From NCBI RefSeq assembly GCF_009914755.1, contig NC_060928.1: DNA of 64,000 nt, one strand, 5' to 3'. The notes beneath the pieces were generated by a model. The model saw only the letters and a list, made by a program, of their open reading frames with translations. It searched no databases and was not told the DNA's origin. Position numbers and translations under genes: made by a program. Positions 57,230 to 64,000 of the stretch are shown piece after piece. The stretch is from the human T2T-CHM13v2.0 reference genome, Homo sapiens. Each line of letters opens with the position of its first letter. Position 1 is the stretch's first letter.

Positions 57230-58830
57230 GTAATTATTTTTAACATAAATTTTATTCACGTGCGACATACATACTGAAAAGCATGCAAATCATAGATGTA
57301 CAGTTCAGTGAAGTCTCCAAAATGAGCACAGGCATATCGGCATCCATGGAAGGAGCACCACCAGATCCTCACAGAGGCCCTCTGTACATCCTTCCAGACA
57401 CCTCCTTCTCAAGCAAGAGTAACCACTATCCTGATCTTTAACACCAATGATTAAGTTTACCTGGTTTTGGACCCTTTTTCACCGAATCATGCAGTGTATA
57501 CTCTCTTGGGTCTGGCTTCTTTCCCTCACATGATATTTGTGAGATTCCTCCTTACTATTGTCTGTACTTGTAGTTTATGTATTCTTATAGCTTTATCACA
57601 TTCTGTTATATAAATATATATCATTATTTATTTATATACTGTAATTGGAAATATATATTGTCTTCAGCTGTTATTTATAGTGTCCATATAAACATTCTTG
57701 AACAAAGCTTTTGGTGAATCTATGTACACATTTTTGCTATTTACTTACCTACGAGGAGAACTATAGATCTGTCTGATGTGAAGGTTTCTTTTTGGAATAT
57801 ACACCCAGATGTGGGATTGCTTGCTTAGAGAGTATTTTCATAGAGTTGTACTACATTGGTCTCCAGAGTGAATGTACCAGTTGTCACTCCCAGCACTATG
57901 CATGAGGGCTGCATGTCCTACATACCTTTGCTAGCACTTAGTATTAGCTAACTTTCTAATTCTTGACAAAATGGTGTGTGGCAAATGATACCTCTTTCTC
58001 ATTTAATTAGTATTTACTTGACTAATAGTTAGGTGAAGCTTTTTGGGGAGGAGGGAGCACTTAAGTATTTACCAATCGTTTGGTTTTCTACTTCATGAAT
58101 TGCCTCTTCATGTCTTCTGCCATTTTTCTTTTGAATGTCCTTCCCTCCTGTTGATTTGCATAAGGGTATTATATATACTAAATATTAATCACTTGTTAGT
58201 ATTGGAAATATTCCCTTCCAAGTATAAACTGTCTATGGGGGTCCTTTATTACACACACACACACAAATATTTAATTTGGCTTTATTTAGTAAAACTCTTT
58301 TTTTTCTCTTTTTTCTTTCATCTTTAGTGTTTGAACTTGTGAGGTCTTATTTAAGAATGCTTAACTGGTCATTAGATCAACAAAAGCTTTGCAGTTTTAT
58401 CTTGTATAATTAAATCTTAAATCCATTTTTTAGTGTTGTGTAAGGAATCCAAATGTATTTCTCTCCATATAGTGAACTAATTTTTCCTGATATGTGATGC
58501 TCTCTCTGACATGTAATAAATATCCAAATAAATATAAATCTGTTCCTGGACTCTCTATTCCTGCACTAGTGCCACTTTAATTATAAAATATAACTAGAGG
58601 TGCGAATTTCTACTCTTTGATTTTTCTTAGCTATTTATAGACCTTTGCTCACCCATATAAATTTAAAAAATTGGTCAGCTTTCTTCCAAATAGATCCTAC
58701 TAGTACTGTTATTGGAATTATACTGAATTTATAGATTAATTTTAGTCAAATTGACATATTTACAATATAAATCATTCAATCCATGAATATGGTGTTTCTC
58801 TACATTATATTTTCTAAGGTCTATCTAAAG
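57230..58830 (-). mobile_element. Old L1M (L1ME/MC-like) 3' region, highly decayed
   Basis: taaccactatcctgatcttt...tctggcttctttccctca...tgagattc, followed by ORF2-like antisense sequence. Confidence 0.6.
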
Positions 58831-58989
58831 ACATTTTATGATAGTATGTTAAATTGTTATAGTACCTACTGGTATACACAGGAGTAAATAAAATGTTTTA
58901 TGGGAAAGATACAAACATAAATTTATTATACTGTCACCCTTTTTCTTTGTAAACTGTACACAGGGATTGTGCTTGTTTATGGCTTAGAG

Positions 58990-59210
58990 AGCATAAAGAT
59001 AGTGGGAAAAAAAAACAGGGACTAGAAAGTTATGAAGTCAGGCAGACAAAGAGTTGAATTCCAGACTCTTTACTCACAGGCTATGAAATGTTGAGCAAAT
59101 TACTTAATCTTTTGTGCCTGAATTTCCTAATCTCCCAAATAGAAGCAATATCCATGCATAAGTGAGATGACGTATAAAATGCCTGGCGCATGGTAGGTGT
59201 ACAGTAAATG
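58990..59210 (+). mobile_element. MIR
   Basis: gagttgaattccagactct...ttgagcaaattacttaa...tgcctggcgcatggtagg. Confidence 0.7.
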
Positions 59211-60157
59211 CAGCTTTCCTTCCCTTTTCTCCAGTTTTCTCCTAGGAATCAGTCCTATGCAAATGCTTTAACTCTGCCATTCCCCAGCACCTTTGATAAA
59301 GGTAGACTCATTTTCAACACCCCCACTCCCACCTCCACTGTCAGCTCTCTTGCTCCCAGGGTGACAAAACAAAATTCATTTTCATCCCAGAAGAAGCTGC
59401 AGATAGATATCTCCCCTTCCTTACGTACCCATATCATTCAACTACTAAATCATCAGGCCCTGAACGCAGATGACTATGACTTTAGCCAGGTATGTATCAC
59501 TGAAGTACAGATACAAAAGTGCCCTTCTTCTCCATTCTAGACATAAATCTCTGTGTATGCCCTATTTTTAGTCATACATGTAATTGCATTTGATATTTCA
59601 CGTACATTTGAGTAGCCTTCTAGCTATCTTTTACCACTTTGCCCTATTTAATTCCTGCGTGCATTTTTCCAGTTGCAATTATATATTCATGTTAGTTTAC
59701 ACAATGTTTTCTCTCTCTTCTTCTATACCATAAGCTCATGAAAAGAGGAACTCTAATTAGTTTCATTCATCAACGTATGCCCAGGACCTGCACCCTGCAC
59801 AGAGTGTTCAATAAATACATGTTGAATGAATGAATTAGTTTCTCGATTAATTGACTGTCTAGGTCCCAGGGGCAATTTATTATCAACCAGATAAAGAATT
59901 TTCTTTTAAGACTTTAAACACTGATATACATTGTTTCTGCATATCCACATTACTTAATTAGACCCTTTGATTTTTCAAGGTACTTAGAGATTTTCAATGA
60001 TGAAACTACACAAGAAAACACTAGATATCACTTCAATAGAAATTAATTCTATTTCCATACCATTTTTTTCATAAAGGAGATATAACCATAAAGTATAATT
60101 CTATACACAGAGTAGGTATTCAATAATTTTTGTAAAACACACCAATTAAATTAGGTT

Positions 60158-60484
60158 GAGTTCATGTCCTTTGCAGGGACATGGATGAAGCTAGAAACCA
60201 TCACTCTCAGCAAACTAACACAGGAACAGAAAACCAAACACTGCATGTTCTCACTCGTAAGTGGGAGTTGAACAATGAGAACACATGGACACAGGGAGGG
60301 GAACATCACACACCAGAGCATGTCAGGGGGTTGGGGGCTAGGGGAGGGATAGCATTAGGAGAAATACCTAATGTAGATGACAGGTTGATGGGTGCAGCAA
60401 ACCACCATGGCACGTGTATACCTATGTAACAAACCTGCACATTCTGCCCATGTATCCCAGAACTTAAAGTATAATAAAAAAAAA
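60158..60484 (+). mobile_element. L1PA 3' end
   Basis: gagttcatgtcctttgcagggacatggatg...cccagaacttaaagtataataaaaaa. Confidence 0.92.
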
Positions 60485-60548
60485 TTTAGACACTAAAGCT
60501 GAGATTGTTGCAAGGCAGTAGCAGCAGAGTATAAAGAGAATAAATTTT

Positions 60549-60862
60549 TTTTATTAAGAGAGGTTTTTTTAATTATTATTATACTTTAAGTTCTAGGGTA
60601 CATGTGCACAACGTGCAGGTTTGTTACATATGTATACATGTGCCACGTTGGTGTGCTGCACCCATTAACTTGTCATTTACATTAGGTATATCTCCTAATG
60701 CTATCCCTCCCCCCTCCCCCCACCCCACAACAGGCCTCGATGTGTGATGTTCCCCATCCTCTGTCCGAAGCTGGAAACCATCATTCTCAGCAAACTATCA
60801 CAAGGACAAAAAAAAAACAAACACCGCATGTTCTCACTCTTAGGTGGGAATTGAACAATAAC
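60549..60862 (-). mobile_element. Short L1PA 3' end with 5' inversion (inverted piece 60767-60862)
   Basis: Minus-strand 3' UTR joined at ...ctgtcc|gaagctggaaacc to a plus-strand upstream L1 piece. TSD gagaataaa(a)tttt at 60536-60548 and 60863-60876. Confidence 0.88.
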
Positions 60863-62118
60863 GAGAATAAAATTTTAGACTTCTAGTGATTAATGAGATA
60901 CCAAGAAAACTTATAATTCTAGGAAAAGTAAATAAGATGGGGTACATGGGTCATGTTCTGCCTTGTAAGACATTAGTACAAATATTAGAAAATTCCCATC
61001 ACATTTTTATAACACACACACACACAAACTCCTCCATTAAAGTTCACATGGCTGTTACATATAAATAGCAAGGGACCAGAATTTTAGGGATCTTAATTGG
61101 GACTGCTTGTATTTGAGGGCTTGTGAATGCCAGGTTACAGAGTCTGGTGTGAGAAAATACAGCGTTCCCCCTGGGAATCCCGAAATTCTCACACCCTCTG
61201 AGTTATGGAAGTCACCATAGCAACATCTGTGCACATCACTGCTTCAGTGCGGATAGGCCACAGCTGCTAAGCTTTACCAGGGATCTATCACACCCTGTCT
61301 GGCTGCAACTAAGTCACAGTCTTATTCCAAGCTTTCTGAGAATGTATGAGCCCTTGAACTCATCCCAGGAGAAATAATTAAAGTCACGCTGATTCGGGTA
61401 ACATATGGGACAGCAGTATGTCATTAGCTGTTTCATGATTCTAGACTGACAGTCATTGCAAAAGGCAGCTGACTGCACCCAAGAGGTGTGGCCCCTGAGT
61501 GGCCAAGAGGGAAATGCACTAAGCAATGAATTATCTCGGACTGAATTATCTCAACCAAGGAGATTGGACAAAGCTTCATGATTCCGGGTCACTGACCACA
61601 CTTTTTGTTAGGGGTCATAGGCCTTTTCTGATCACTGTGCCTTAAATTAAGAAATGCAGGCTATTACTCACCTACCTGGGTAAATGCCTCTGGGATTGTC
61701 AAGTTCTGAAAATGTCTGAACACGATTGAGAAAATGTACACTATAAAGATATCCAAGTGGAGAAAAAGAGTCCACGTACACTTCTCATGGGCTTCCAGGT
61801 CTAATCTGTCACATGATCTGTCATCACTGAAAAGATGGATATTAGAATAATTTTTATTTCTCAGGAACTAGTAGTTGTACGCTAAGTATCAGACCTAATA
61901 TACCCCAAAGCCTACTTTGTTAGGATCCCCTACTTGGATATGTTAAAAATCCACTCTCCTTCCAGTACATATGTTCAGATTGTGCACTGTTCAGGTGTTA
62001 TGTTCAGGTATGCCACAACCACGGGAGCACCATTCACATCATGGACACATGATAACATTTGAGGGTATGTGGGCCAATGTAGAGATTTAACCTAATTGCC
62101 AAATCCTGGATCGGCAGG

Positions 62119-62565
62119 TGTATTAGTCAGGGTTCTCTAGAGGGACAGAACTAATAAGATAGATAGATATATTAAGGGGAGTTTATTAAGGAGTATTAAA
62201 CTCACATGATCACAAGTTCCCACAATAGGCTGTCTGCAAGCTGAGGATCAAGGAAGCAAGCCCAAGCCCCAAAGCTGAAGAACTTGAAGTCTGATGTTTG
62301 AGGGCAGGAAGCATCCAGCATGGGAGAAAGATGTAGGCTGGGAGACTAAGCCAGTCTAGGCTTTTCACGTTCTTCGGCCTGCTTTTACCCTAGCCATGCT
62401 GACAGCTGATTAGATTGTGCCCACCCAGATTAAGGGTGGTCTGCCTTTCCCAGCCCACTGATTCAAACATTAATCTCCTTTGGCAATTCCCTCACAGACA
62501 CACCCAGGATCAATACTTTGCATCCTTCAATCTAATCAGGTTGACACTCAGTATTAACCATCACA
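62119..62565 (-). mobile_element. MLT2A1-like HERV-L solo LTR
   Basis: tgtattagtcagggttctctagagggacagaac...cagtattaaccatcaca, 447 bp; 5-bp TSD g(c/a)agg. Confidence 0.9.
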
Positions 62566-63569
62566 GAAGGCAAGACATCCTTTTACATAAACCCACACTT
62601 ACGCATGTGGTCATGCACATATCTGGGGGAACATGCATGCACACACTCTGTAGCACACACATATGTGTATGACTGTGCCTTATTATGAGCTCACTCTGGG
62701 TGTTCCCTGAAGTTACATTTCTTGCTCACTACTCTTAGAGTCCTCATTCCTACCCAACACCATGCCAACCTGCCCTGGTCATCTCACAGGTGGTGCAGAA
62801 AAAGTGTATATGTTCCTGGTGTCCAGGATGTGGCACTGAGTGTCCCGAATTCTATGAATCTCTCAGAGAGTGGGTGCATGTGCAGACAACAGTCAAAGAT
62901 GTTTACAGAAGCCAGATATTTGAAATGGTAACATTAGAAAATAAACTCTAAGAAATGAAGTTCTAAGCATTTGATGGCAAAGAATCCATATGAAGAAAGG
63001 GAAGGCTTAGTAGGAAACTCCTGTTGCTTTAACAGTATGTCAGTGAGCCTGGGTTTAAAGAAAGGAGAGATGTGAGGGGTGCTCAGGATTGAGGGTGAAT
63101 ATGGGACAATAAGGAAAATTGTACCAACAGTATAAGGAAGGCAAATAGAAGCTTGAAAAAAAAATCAGGAACGTGAACAAGAAATCTATGACCCACTGAG
63201 GCATATGGAGCGAGGGTAAAGCTACTTGTCTAAGGTTACATAGACACAGGGCATAAATGGCAGAGCCAGAGTTTGGACCCAGGTCCCTGCCAGACTGTTA
63301 TAATACTGCTCCTCATGTTTAATACATTGGTGAGTCCTGTTGGTGTTACTTCTGGCCTTGTTTAGGCTGTCATCTAGATAATTACAATTTCCCCAGATCA
63401 ATCTCAGCTGAAATCCATTCCCCAGGATCTGCATAGACTAATCTTCCACCTGACCATGTCGTTCTTTTTCCGAAAACCCTTCTAGGGCTTTCCATTTTTC
63501 CCCTAAATATGATAGCTGGCTCTCCTTGATTTGACCCCCATATCCTCTGGAGTTCCAACTCCTGCCCCT

Positions 63570-63970
63570 CCCCTTCCAATACTCAGCAGTGAGACTGCAC
63601 ATCTAATGGGTCTCTAAACTTCTTCATGTTTCCCTGCCTTTACTCACGTTGCCCCCTCCACTAGGAATACCTTCTTCTCAACCTCCCATCACAACATCAT
63701 TCAAAGCTTAGTACAAGCCCTACCTCCAACCTCAGGTTACATTTTCTGAACTGCCAGACTCAGAGAGGCACCTTATGTGAATCCCTACCATGGTACCTTG
63801 GCCCTCTTACAGTGCTTACATGGCACTGAATTTTCCTCAGCTACTTGTGGATCTTTCTACCTCACTAGAGTTTGAACTTATTAGGACATTAAACATGCCT
63901 GATTCATTCCCCCCTCAACGTCTACACAAGCACTTTGGCTGCTCAAAGAAAATGTTCGTTCAACTCTACA
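63570..63970 (+). mobile_element. L2 3' fragment
   Basis: cctgcctttactcacgttgccccctccactaggaatac...cactagagtttgaactta...aaatgttcgtt. Confidence 0.55.
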
Positions 63971-64000
63971 TTACATTGAGCATCAATTCCTCTGTGGCCC

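Overview
Primate (almost certainly human) genomic DNA, AT-rich and dense in repeats. The only protein-coding sequence I can support is the coding part of exon 1 of BTC (betacellulin, an EGF-family ligand) on the minus strand at 14363-14426. It encodes the signal-peptide start MDRAARCSGASSLPLLLALAL(G) and lies in a CpG island at about 13.9-14.9 kb. Bases 1-14362 are the proximal part of BTC intron 1 (exon 2 is not in the window). About 14.9-64 kb is upstream sequence with no recognisable coding exon, filled with Alu, L1, L2, MIR, MaLR/ERVL/ERV1 LTRs and DNA transposons, including a near full-length Tigger1. From recall, BTC lies on human 4q13.3 near the EREG/AREG cluster; I could not check this here. 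The long ORFs in the track are decayed L1 or Tigger1 frames, Alu read-throughs, or GC-rich artefacts. I found no new multi-gene system. The best oddities are mechanistic footprints: a 100-bp local templated insertion into a (TA)n tract, an L1 with an apparent 3' transduction, and an extreme twin-priming L1. There are also candidate regulatory features: two convergent MLT2A1 LTRs, a motif-dense unique segment at 61 kb, a possible poison exon and a TSS-dependent uORF of BTC. Repeat subfamily names come from recalled consensus sequences, and boundaries of old repeats are approximate.
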